DNA from: Eledone cirrhosa
Lineage: Eukaryota
Reading direction: 5' to 3'
Assembly (NCBI GenBank): GCA_964016885.1
Contig: OZ024741.1
Coordinates: 209,002,001 to 209,066,000 of the forward strand
Length of the DNA: 64,000 nucleotides
Position 1 is the first letter of the stretch. Each line of letters starts with the position of its first letter. The notes beneath the pieces were generated by a model. It ran no database searches. It was not told the origin of the DNA and saw only the letters and a program-made list of their open reading frames with translations. Both the position numbers and the translations under genes were made by a program. Positions 26,701 to 37,845 of this stretch are shown here, one piece after another.

Positions 26701-28330
26701 TTTGTGATCTGAATAGGCAACCATGTGCATTTGTGGACAGCTTAATATCTTCTTGTCCTTCTCTCTAATGAAAACCCTATCTAGATACAATCTAGATGTT
26801 CCGCTGCGGTTTGCCCACGTCCACTGTGGTGCAGTCGGGAAATCTAGTCGATATCTATCGGCCACTTGGAATTGGCCGATTAGATTTTTTAGGCTGTTGC
26901 ACCCGCTCTACTGGGACATGCTCCCACATAGTTCCATCGTGCATCTAGGATACCATTCCAGTCCACCACTAAAAGCAAGAAGCGAGACGTTCCCAGAAAA
27001 GACTCTAGACGCTTAAAGAAGTCTGGCCGCGATTGTGATTGACCGGTCGGGGCATAAACGGCCACCAGTCTGAAGGCTCCACCTCCAATACTGTTCACGT
27101 AGGACTACCAGTCTACCCTCCAGGTCCAAGTGTACTTGCTGTACTTTGAGATCCAGGTTTTTCCGAAACATGTCAGTCACTCCCCCTCCACCTCCCGGCT
27201 GATAGAGAGATGCGTAGATCTCAAAGTCATTGAAGATGGGGGTTAGTTGCTGCCTGTTGTGGATCCTGGACTAGGTGATGGCTATCACATCTATACCGTG
27301 TGATCTAAGGTCGTTTAAAAGTACCCCTGTTTCCAGGGCATCCCTAGGCCACGTACATTCACGCTTCCAACTCGTAAGTCAGCCATGTTGGTGGAGAAGA
27401 GTTGGCGAAAAGGTGCACTTACCTTTTCGTTTCCTGGAGATCGGGTTGTTCAATCTCCATTTCAGTTCTGGTGGGGATGTTGAGTGGGGTGAGGAAACAT
27501 TTCAACAGGACACGGTTTATTGGTTTTTTGGCAGCGGTTGCCAACGTTCTGTGAAAACTGTTCTTTCAATTTCTGATAGGTTTCTATCGAAACCCTTATT
27601 AGTTTTAGGTTTGGTTGAGAGTCTGCTTTTACAAAAGTTTTCCCCTCAGTTTCCACTTTGGGGTCCTGTGAGATGACCTCCATCAAATTTATGTTGTTTG
27701 TGTTAATGTATGTGTATTGTTGTTTGTTTTTTGTTGTGCTGTTTTGGTTTGTTGTTCATTTTGTAGTTTTCTTGTTATGGTGGGCGTGTTTGGCGTGGTG
27801 TTGGTGTTTGTTTTGATGGTAGGGGGGGGGGGGGTATGTTTGTGTTGTTGTTTGTGTTGGTGGTTGTGTGTTCGTGTTGGTGATTGTTGATTTTGTGGCT
27901 TTGTGGTGTCTCTTTTTTTTTTTTTTCTTTTTTTTTATTTCCGAGGCTCTCCTTCATCTTCACTTGTAGCCTCGTCTGGTGATGAATCGCCATCAGGGGC
28001 GTGTGGGAGGGTATGCTGTGTGGTGATGGTGTGTTTGTGTGTGTGATTGTGGTAGTGTTGGATGGAGTAGGATGGGGTGGGACTGTGTTTTTCAGGGGAA
28101 TTGTTTGTGTTTTTTCTGTTGTTTGTGGTTGAACAGTTGTTTGCTTTTGTGTGTTTGCTTGGATAGATAGATAGATTTGCCAGTTTGACGGCCACCAACT
28201 GTTTTCATATAGTGGGGTAACATTATTTATACACACTCAGCTGGGTATGCGGTCACTTTCTAAAAAAAAAATGAAAAGGCAGCAGATATTGTCGAGCTTT
28301 AAAGGTCTTGAGAAATTGTGTGAGATCTCG
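23795..28330 (-). mobile_element. Second Tx1/L1-clade LINE (T2), decayed, most of ORF1 deleted
   Basis: Minus-strand pieces 26889-27098 (VYAP), 25753-26865, 24942-25802 (YADD), 24387-24917 and 24034-24417, homologous to T1 ORF2; 3' end abuts (TC)n. Confidence 0.9.
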
Positions 28331-29304
28331 TCTTTAGCCCTTCACCAACACAGACACATCAGATCATTTCATCTGTGTGTGTTTCAATGATGTGTCATGA
28401 AACCGGATATTGATGTTTATGCCATTGACTCCTGTCCTGTTGATTTCCGGTATGTTTAGGTAAATTAATGAGATATTGTAGTGGATGGAACGTGTCAAGG
28501 CATCAACCGAATCATTGGAATATCAGTGAAGATAGTTGGAAAAACCTCACACAGCTAGGATGGCCAGCCGAGCTCCTTATAATTTAATGGCAGTTACAAA
28601 GATGGCAATATGAAGAACTAGATTAAAACCACAGATGTTGGAAACATTTTCTTCATTACAGGAATGGTGATAAGAAAATTGGAAATAGAAATTGTGTTAA
28701 CAAAGTTATACGTTTACTGACGACCAGCCTTCTGTTTACAAATAAAATACTTTACAAATAAAATACTTTACAAATAAAATACTTTACATGATCGATTTGA
28801 TTTGCAAACCTTATCAGGTGTCGTATTCTTGAACATATATATATATATAATACCATTTATAAACTAAGGATGACGGTGTTCTTTCCCACGAAACTAGCTG
28901 GAATTTATTAGTAGGCTTTGTTGCTAAATGCTAAAACGTAAGAACAGAAAGTTCGCAGAGTAGTATTTGTTGACACAGATCATGAACAGCACATTCAGAT
29001 TCATTATGTCGCTTTGACATAATTTAGATTATTGTGATAGAAAAGAGTGATCTGATACTTAGAGCAGAGCTCTTCATTAAGGAAGAGAAGTGATCGGATG
29101 TTTCGAGCGGGGTTCTCGATAAAACGTCATGTCTACTTATACAATGTTGTGAACCAGTTAGAATTCAGTCTGATACTTTATAGACATCCAGAAATAAGAT
29201 ACTATATGATGATCGAAGATCAAACAACTTGAAATGTAGTGTCAAATCTAGTGTCGAATACGCTAAACAAGTTACAGCTTGTTTTTCATATTCCTTAAAA
29301 TAAT

Positions 29305-29490
29305 GATTTCTACTATAGGCACAAGGCCAGCAATTTTGAGGCGGGGGAAGTCGATTACATCGACCCCAGTGCATTACTGGTGCTTTATTTTATCGACCTC
29401 GTAAGGATGAAAGGCAAAGCTAATCTCGGCGGGATTTGAACTCAGACTGTAAAGGGCCGTAACTTTATGTTGCAAAGCATGATGTCCGAT
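29305..29490 (-). mobile_element. tRNA-derived SINE with Meta-type core
   Basis: Minus strand has the B box gagttcaaatccc and ttgcctttcatccttacgaggtcgataaaataaagcaccag. Confidence 0.75.
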
Positions 29491-29499
29491 ATTAAAGTA

Positions 29500-29699
29500 T
29501 AGTGTGTTCGCTTTTTACGTGAAGATGCGTTCGTGAACGCGACACGTAAAGCAAATTCGCGTAATTCAATATAATGTGTCTCATAAATTTAAAAAAATTA
29601 AAAATCACACGCTCGTTATTCACGCAAAGTGAATAATTAATATTTTTTCAAGGGGCTCTAACAAGCGAATTCAAGTTCGCGTAAAAAGCGAAGAGACTG
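29500..29699. mobile_element. MITE with about 24-bp TIRs and TA duplication (Tc1/mariner-type)
   Basis: TA|tagtgtgttcgctttttacgtgaa ... ttcgcgtaaaaagcgaagagactg|TA; related partial copy in opposite orientation at about 53690-53820. Confidence 0.68.
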
Positions 29700-30072
29700 T
29701 AGTATGTTTTCAGTTTTTGTGAGACCTTCTTGTGTAACTTTTTATGTATACGCAGACACAGCTTTGGTGGTATTGATGTAAATAGTGAAAAATATTTTGT
29801 ACGTAAAGATGAGGTTAATTGCCTGAAAAAATAAAATAGAAACAAGTTATCTCAGACTTTTAAGCATTCAAGTGTTCATGTCATTAAGACATCTTTAACG
29901 CCACGCTCACATAGATGTCTACAGATGGATACCGTGCAAGCAAACAGAATATTCGTCAGTTTCCTTACACTATTATCAGTTTATTCAATGATACAGTGTA
30001 TGGTGGAGTTGGCATGATGCGAACTTCCGCCACTTCACTGTCACCTCCGGCTGATAAAACTATCCCTCTTTA

Positions 30073-30185
<113 letters not shown>

Positions 30186-30248
30186 ATCCCTATCCCTCTC
30201 TCTCTCACTCTCTCTTTCCCTCTCACTCTCTCTCCTACTCTCTCTCTT

Positions 30249-30283
<35 letters not shown>

Positions 30284-30435
30284 GTGTGAATGAAGTAATT
30301 CCGTCGGAAAAGTCCAGGAAAAAAGAGTGCTCTATGTAGGTAACAGAGCTTAATTATATTACATATACGATTGGCACTTTCCAGCCCGATTAGTTGAGCA
30401 CTCTACAGTTTTCAGGAATTTAACCAACATATACC

Positions 30436-32486
30436 ATGGATCTTTATGAATTGGATTATTCAATCAAAAATATACCCACTCCTTCCAACACAACTTACAT
30501 AGATAAAATCGAACAAGTCGTTAAAAGAATGAGATGGAAGGCAATGGTTTACGATGGACTATTCAGTGCTGATACTAAAGATTGTTTTGACATCAAATCC
30601 CGTAAATATCCACCTAGAATTAAAGACATGGACAACTTCGAATTAGACCTCGTTAATCTAATTAGTGATATCAAATTTCGTAAGTACAATAATAACTTTC
30701 AAACTAAACTTTCTAACGATATCTCTAATTTTAGAAATTCTACAAACACTTTCGTTCTTTCTGATAAAACTAAAAACCTCTTTGAAGTTAATAGTACTTT
30801 GTATAACCAACTTTTAACTAATAGTATTACCAATAAATATCAATTAACTAATAATAATACCTACAATACTATCAATAAAGAAGCTAAAGAACTAGCTAGT
30901 TCTTTACAAATAGATAACCGGATTGAAAGCTTAGCTAAGCGTAAAGCATATATTACCCTTAAAGACCATAAATTGGACTTTACTAATCGACCTAGTTGTA
31001 GACTGATTAACCCGGCTAAATCCGAAGTTGGCCTTGCAAGTAAGAAAATCTTAAGAAAAATAATTCTCTAAATTAGAACTAACACTGACCTATCACAGTG
31101 GCTAAATACTTCCTCTGTTATTTCTTGGTTCAATAATATACAAGGTAAAAATAAGTGTAGATTTACCCAATTTGATATTGTCGATTTTTACCCTTCTATT
31201 ACTGTTTCCTTCATTAATATTTCTAAATTAGAAGAAGACATTATCTTTCATGCTAGAAAAACTTTACTTTTTACTAATGATAATATTTGGGTTAAAAAGT
31301 CAAACCCTGAAAACTCCTTTGATGTTGCAATGGGTTCATATGACTGTGCGGATGTGTGTGACTTAGTAGGATTATTCCTTCTCCACACCCTCAAAGAGAA
31401 ATTTCCGTCCCATAATATCTGTTTATACCGTGATGACGGATTAGCAGTTTCTCATACCTCCAACGGCCATAACCTTGATAAATTCCGTAAAGATTTAATC
31501 AATACTTTTGCTAATCTTAACCTTAAAATTACGATAGATACGAACCTTACTAATGCTAACTTTCTTGATATTAATCTTGATCTACTTACTGCCTCTTTTA
31601 AACCATATCATAAACCTAATGAAAATCTTAGGTATATACACAAAGAGTCTTGCCATCCCCCTATAGTTTTTAATAATCTTATTCCTAACATTAGCCGTAG
31701 GATTTCTACCTTATCTTCGTCTATAGACATTTTTAATAAAGCCGCCCCTTATTATAATAAAGCCCTTAAGAACAGCGGTTTTACAGAAAAAATTTCTTAT
31801 TTACCTACCCCCCCCCCCTAAAACTAGCCACAATAACTGGAAAAGGAAGATTATTTGGTTCACACACCCCTTCTCTCTAAATGTCAAAACTAATGTAGGA
31901 AGGAAATTCCTTGAACTATTAGACAAACATTTTCCTCCTAATCATAGATATTATAAGATATTTAATAGGAACATAGTTAAGATCAGCTACTCTTGTTGCC
32001 CATCTATGAAGTCCAAAATCACCAGGTCAAACCGTACGAGAATAAATCCAGGATGCAGTTGCAGGAAGCCGGATGAATGCCCATTGCAGGGTAAATGTAA
32101 CACCAAATCTGTCGTTTATGAGGCTAAGATAACACCGGTAATCAACAACCAGCCAGCCAGGAGTGAGCGATATGTCGGTATGACCCAGGACAGGTTTAAA
32201 ACCAGATTTTACTCACATGTCGCTTCTTTTAAGCACTCCGATAAACGAACATCAACTGCCCTCGCAAGTAAGGTGTGAGAACTCAAGGATAGTAACATCC
32301 CGTACTCTATTGATTGGTCTATATTACTCGAGAGAGTACCAAAGGGGCACAAAGAATTGTTCTTTGTGTACCACAGAAAAGTATAGGATTTTGCTAAACT
32401 TGAGAGCCACTTCCGCTTGCCTTAACTCAAAGACTGAGATCTTCAGATGCTGTCCTCATCTGAAATCGCATCTGATCTGTAACTGA
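30436..32486 (+). pseudogene. PLE RT plus GIY-YIG ORF (H3) in several frameshifted pieces
   Basis: ORFs 30436-31071, 31330-31821, 32006-32278 and 32217-32486, collinear with the H1 protein. Confidence 0.85.
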
Positions 32487-33200
32487 ATTGACACTCCTAT
32501 GATAAATCAACCGCCTTGAACTCCTTCTCTGCTCTTTACTTCTGCTACGGTTGTTATTTTGCTGATTCTACGTTCTGTACTCTTGTATATTTACTTATAT
32601 TTTTTTTCTCCCTTACCTCCCCTTATATTTCACCTTTTCTTATGTCCCCCCCATATATTCTTTTTGCCCTGCCCTTCACATACCTATGTGTATGTATATT
32701 TGTGTGTATATATATGTATATATGTATGTATGTATGTATATATATATATATGTATGTGTGTGTATGTGTATGTGTATATATATATGTATATATTTGTGTG
32801 TGTATATGTATGTATATGTGGATAGACCAGGTTTTTTTCATTTTGAAGATTGAAGGAATAATTTTTTGCTTTTAAGAAACCACTGGTGAATGGAATAATT
32901 GCCTTATGTTGCTTTATTACTTTACTACTATATATATGTATATGTAAGGTTCATGTGAATTATCTAAGACTGAGTTTTACACATACACACATGTATGTGT
33001 GTGTGTATGTGTATGCATGTGTGTATATATATGTATATATATATGCGTGTGTGTATATATATATGTATGTGTGTGTGTGTTTGTATTTGGTTGTACGTGT
33101 TTATGATATGTACGTATTTGTATGTGTATAATTGTTTAGCTATGTATGGTTATGTGTGTGTATGTATACATATATGTGTGTGTGTGTGTTTGTGTTTATG

Positions 33201-33237
<37 letters not shown>

Positions 33238-33490
33238 ATAATTACATATACATATGTGTGTGTATATATTGTATACGTGTGCGTGTTTGTGCATGTATGT
33301 GTATGTATGTGTTTATGTATTTGTATATTTATGTGTGAGAGTGTGTGTATGTGTTTACTATTTCGTACGTATGTATACGTGCATTTGTGTGTATTTTCTC
33401 TCTAAATATGTATGTAAAAACTGAAAAAAAATGTTCTCCATGTTATTGTTATTCGTATAAATATGCAATTTAACTGCTCTATACACTTCC

Positions 33491-33529
33491 TTCGTTGAAA
33501 AAGCATATAATGCTGAAACTGGTACACGA
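33491..33529 (+). ncRNA. Degenerate or variant hammerhead (U3/A8 core) in the H3 pLTR
   Basis: ttcg-TTGAAAA-AGCAT(ata)ATGCT-GAAA-ctgg-TA-cacga; stem I is out of register. Confidence 0.5.
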
Positions 33530-33627
33530 TTAAATGCGGAAATCCCTACTTTATAAATAAATGTTTTGATATTATACTGAAAATTTCCCTCCAGCATTTT
33601 CTACTGTATTTTTTCTTTTTTAGTATT

Positions 33628-33669
<42 letters not shown>

Positions 33670-34039
33670 AAAGTTGATCTTTAGAAACTTTTCTCTAAAC
33701 ACTTTCATGCATTAATCGATAGATTTCGAAAGATAATTATGAATATTTTACAGGATTATAGTAAGTGCGTAATTAGAAAGTATTCAACGTGAATAGCCGT
33801 CTAAATTGTTTATTATTAATATTTTCTATTTCCTAATTTAATTCTTATAAAAAAATCTCATAATATCTTGCTTATTTTTTTCAGAAAATATTCAACTAAT
33901 AAATGAAATGGGATGTTAGTGGTATTTGAATGCACATTAAGAATAAAAGGAGTAAAAAACAAATTATTTTGCATTATCTATTTTATTGTGTACGAAAATT
34001 GATATGTGTGTGTGTGTAATTTACATTTTAACACATTTA

Positions 34040-34150
34040 ATTGTTTCTACTTTAGGCACAAGGCCAGCAAATTACCCAGTGCATTACTGGTACTTTATTT
34101 TATCGACCCCGTAAGGATGAAAGGCAAAGTCAACCTCGGCGGGATTTGAA
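34040..34150 (-). mobile_element. Meta-type SINE fragment
   Basis: Same core as 29305-29490. Confidence 0.7.
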
Positions 34151-34665
34151 AACACATTTAATAAAGAGCTAACATCTTTGTTAAATAAAGATACATGTGA
34201 TGAAATACTGAATAAAAATATACTAATCATTTTCGCTAAATTATTTGTAATATAATTGGGCGCACTGTAACTCTTTATCTGGTTTCCTAACTAAGAAATA
34301 TTTATTGGTTTTTAAATTTAAGGTAATATCTAAGAAATGAACTAAAATGTTCGGCATTTATATTACAGAACGCTGAATGGCCTTTTATGATTTTACAAAT
34401 AATACCTTTATCACTGAGTTTATTTGATGTGACACGATCACAGCCTAGGATACTCACACTGAGACTTGTGCCTGTTATATATATATAAACATATTGTATA
34501 CGCTTCCATATACGCCTCTGTTAGTGCGCTATGTTAGTGCGCCAGCTAATTAATAACAACCCACCAGGGTCACCCTATATGTAAATAAGAATCTACATAA
34601 TTATATTTTTGGCAAAATTCTTTCAGGTGTTTTAGCTTTCTTGTTTCAGTACCGAGTGAGTAAAC

Positions 34666-34705
34666 GCTACTGACGATGGATTAATAAATTCTGAAATTCT
34701 ATGGT
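34666..34705 (+). ncRNA. Possible degenerate minimal hammerhead
   Basis: gcta-CTGACGA-tggattaataaattct-GAAA-ttc-TA-tggt; weak stems. Confidence 0.35.
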
Positions 34706-34852
34706 ATTTCTAGTTCTCCCACCGTTACTGAGGTAGCTGTGACATGACCATAGCTTTAAAGTCATACTTACATAAGCATATTGAATATGTTTCCATATAC
34801 GCTTCTATTCTGAATCACGCATGTTAGTCATATTGCTATGTATGTATGTATG

Positions 34853-35766
34853 TTCTGGTTTTATAATTTCACAAATTGTTTCCCAATAGAGAGTCGGTTT
34901 CTAACATAGACACAAGACTCTCTCATTGGAATTTACACAACATCAACTAGGTAGATATATATGTATGCATGCATGTGTAGATATGGATGTTATTGTATGT
35001 GTGGATGTGGATGTTTTGAGTTGTATGTGTTCCTGGATTGCAAAAGCGTATCCTTCAAAGTGGGAGCCAATGTATGTATGTATGTATGTATGTATGTATG
35101 TTCTTCTGGTTTTATAATTTCACAAATGTTTACGAATAGAGAGAGAGTCAGTTTCTAATATAGTTACAAGACTCTCTCATTGGAATTTACACATCAACTA
35201 GGTAGATATGTATGCATGTCTGCATGCATGTGTGTGCAAGTATGGATGTTATTGTATGTGAGGATGTGGATGTGGATGTTTTGAATTGTATGCGTGCATG
35301 TACATATGTTGTGTATCTGTACATGTGTATATGCAGTTATTAGATGCAGAATTTTTGGAATGTTTTACATATTTTTACTGTTCCATTAATGGATTATAAT
35401 TGTAATTTCCTAACTAGTTGTGTTCTTTCTGTTCCTGTGAAGCCTAGCTTCTCAAGATTTGTATTGAGGCAGTTACTAACATATCCCAGTGCCCCAATAA
35501 TCACAGGCATAAATCTGAAGGTGTAATCATGGTGAAGTATCTGCAGATTTCTCATCAGTTCTGCATAAATATTCTCCTTTTCGCTAATCTTTGATATTAT
35601 ATTGGCATCTGCTGGGCAGTTAACTTCCACTACTGTGTATACCTTTTTGTCCTTGTCCCATATCATAATATCTGATCTGTTATGCCTGCATTTTATTGGG
35701 GTTTTATTGGAACATTCCACCAGTATTATTTCATATTATGTATATGGATGTTTTCTTTTCATATTA
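34853..35766 (-). mobile_element. Two head-to-tail 5'-truncated copies of the R4/Dong family at 46500-49465, separated and flanked by (TATG)n
   Basis: ORF 35394-35720 matches the C-terminus of 47145-49262; the shared 3' end (aaaaccagaa) occurs at 34853 and about 35104. Confidence 0.88.
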
Positions 35767-35804
35767 TGTATATGTATGCATTCCTTTCATATTATGTATG
35801 TATG

Positions 35805-36327
35805 TCAGGTCGCTCACGTGTGCTACTGGTAACATGTAACCCAGTACAATCTGTCTCATGGTCGGGGCGTCGGCGACTAAACGGGCAACCCCATCAAGCT
35901 TGCTTGGTGAGGAGGGTGATATTTGAACATCCTGCGGGATGAAATACAAGACCCGGAAAAGGGCGGAGGAACTCAACAGAGTCAACGGCCATCCAAATAG
36001 TACTTTTTTTGCCTGGGAGTAAAAGGCTCCCAATTGTTGTTACAACACCTTTCTAAAAGAGAGAAGCTCTAAAAAAAAAAACCTGCGGCTTCGGAAGCAT
36101 TCGATGATGTTGACCAGTTCTCATTTTCGGGTAGTGTTTTCGATGCTCAGAGAGTGGGATTGCTCGAGTGCAAGGCCTTTCCCCATTTAAAAAAACCTTC
36201 AAAGCACAGGCATTGCTTGTTCAGGTCATGTTACAGGTTCATGTGGCTGGCCGTAGCCTAAAAGTGCGCCAATTTCTGTAAAATGACAAGTGATTGCAAT
36301 ACTCTCAGCAGAGTTTGCAGCCATCAT
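35805..36327 (+). mobile_element. Non-autonomous RTE-tailed element in (TATG)n
   Basis: Structured 5' head repeated at 50841-50957 and 63425-63623; tail cagagtttgcagccatcat is identical to the RTE end at about 37006-37024. Confidence 0.7.
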
Positions 36328-36494
36328 GTATGTATGAATACATGTATGAATATCCATGCGGGATGAAAAACAAGACCTGTCAAAAGACGAAAGAACAGAA
36401 GCGTGTATGTCAATATATTTATGTAAGTATGGCTTTAAAGCCATTGTCATGTCACAGCTACCTCAGTTACTGTGTGAGAACTGCAACAACTTTT

Positions 36495-37025
36495 GTATAG
36501 CGAGCTTTGTAAGGGTAAGAGACCACCTCACAAGCCAAGGTTCCAATTCATGGATTGTGTAAAGGACTCATTGAAAAAAACTGGTTTGATGGTGGCTGAC
36601 TGGGAGATAGCTCTTGAAAGAGAAACTTGGTGTGAAATGGTGATAATTTTGAGGACAGACGCATAGAGCACGAGAAGATTAAATGGGATGTCCGTAAGCA
36701 ATGCCCTGGTGTATCTCTCGAAACGAACGGTGTCTCCATTGAATTGAAGCGCCCTGGGTGTGGAAGAATTTGCTTGAGCAAATCTGGTCTCAGAAGCCAC
36801 AGTCGCAATTATGTTCAAAGAGAACCAGTGAACTATGATCTCGACGGTATTGTTAAGGTTCACAGGCAACCTGATGCAAGACCTGAGGTCAGGGAGATCC
36901 ATAGTTGTCGTCAATGTGCGAAGGAGTGCAAGTCTCTAGCAGCCTTGAAAAGCCATATCCGAGCGTCACACATATGAATCTGACAAGCGATTGCATTACC
37001 GTTAGCAGAGTTTGCAGCCATCATG
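36495..37025 (+). mobile_element. 3' end of an RTE-clade LINE with two C2H2 zinc-finger-like motifs
   Basis: DSLKKTG....WE.A.ERETW, CGRICLSKSGLRSH, CRQCAKECKSLAALKSHIRASH; tail gcagccatcat(gtat)n. Confidence 0.7.
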
Positions 37026-37042
37026 TATGTATGTATGTATAT

Positions 37043-37422
37043 CCCTGCCGCCAAAGGGCGAAGGAACTCAGGAGAGTCTATGGTCATCCAATAAAGTATT
37101 TTTGCTTTTGTGGAGAGAGAGACTCCTAATTTTCATTAAGAATCTTTCTAGAAGGTCACTGATATAAAACCTGCGACTTCGTTTGTTTCTAATGATGTAG
37201 ACCAGTTCTACTTTTGGAGCAAATGCATTCGATGTACAGAGATTGGGATTGGCCCCTTTCTTCACTTAAAAAAGCTTCAAGCACAGGCATCGTTTGATAT
37301 GTGACATATTTTGTGATGCATGTCGCTGCTGGCCATAGGTAATTCCTTACTAGGACTAAAAAAACCACGTCCGTGATGCTCATGCATGGTATTACTCGAA
37401 ATCGAGTTGCAGCCATCATCAT
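37043..37422 (+). mobile_element. Diverged partial copy of the RTE-tailed non-autonomous family
   Basis: aaagggcgaaggaactc, cttcaagcacaggcat and ttgcagccatcatcat shared with 35805-36327. Confidence 0.6.
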
Positions 37423-37474
37423 GTATGTATTTGTGTATGCATGTAATACAGGTGCGTGTATATATATATATATA

Positions 37475-37521
<47 letters not shown>

Positions 37522-37699
37522 CATATGGGTGTGGGTGTATATGTGTGTGTGCATGCGTGTGTGTGTGCACGCATGTGAGCATACGTGTGTGTGTCTATGT
37601 GTGCATTATCGACAATTTAATTGACTGAAGTGATCCGCTCCACCTGACATAGGCTGACTCATCAGATCTACAGTAATACACCTCCAATGACTCACATTG

Positions 37700-37807
<108 letters not shown>

Positions 37808-37845
37808 TATATAATATATATATATATAATATATATATATATAAT

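Larger units (their letters stand above)
30288..33632 (+). mobile_element. Near full-length PLE resembling the Hydra clade (H3), decayed
   Basis: MDLYELDYSIKNIP start, LSDKT, YITLKDHK, RLINPAKSE, MGSYDCADVCDLVG, LYRDD, CSCRKPDECPL, YVGMT..FKTRF..H, CSLC; about 1.1-kb 3' UTR; (TA)n both sides. Confidence 0.88.

Noticed and set aside
28340-29300. Non-repetitive-looking stretch (also about 59500-59900) as possible host exons
   Set aside because: No recognisable protein motif or convincing splice pattern; cannot be supported without expression data
32516-33405. Many ORFs rich in YI, CV, TH or RE dipeptides here and throughout the window
   Set aside because: They are translations of (TA)n, (TG)n, (CA)n and (GA)n microsatellites
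36744-36977. C2H2 zinc-finger ORF as a host transcription-factor exon
   Set aside because: It is contiguous with RTE C-terminal sequence and followed by the RTE tail
37640-37672. CTGATGAG on the minus strand next to (TA)n as a hammerhead
   Set aside because: No closing stem II or GAAA follows
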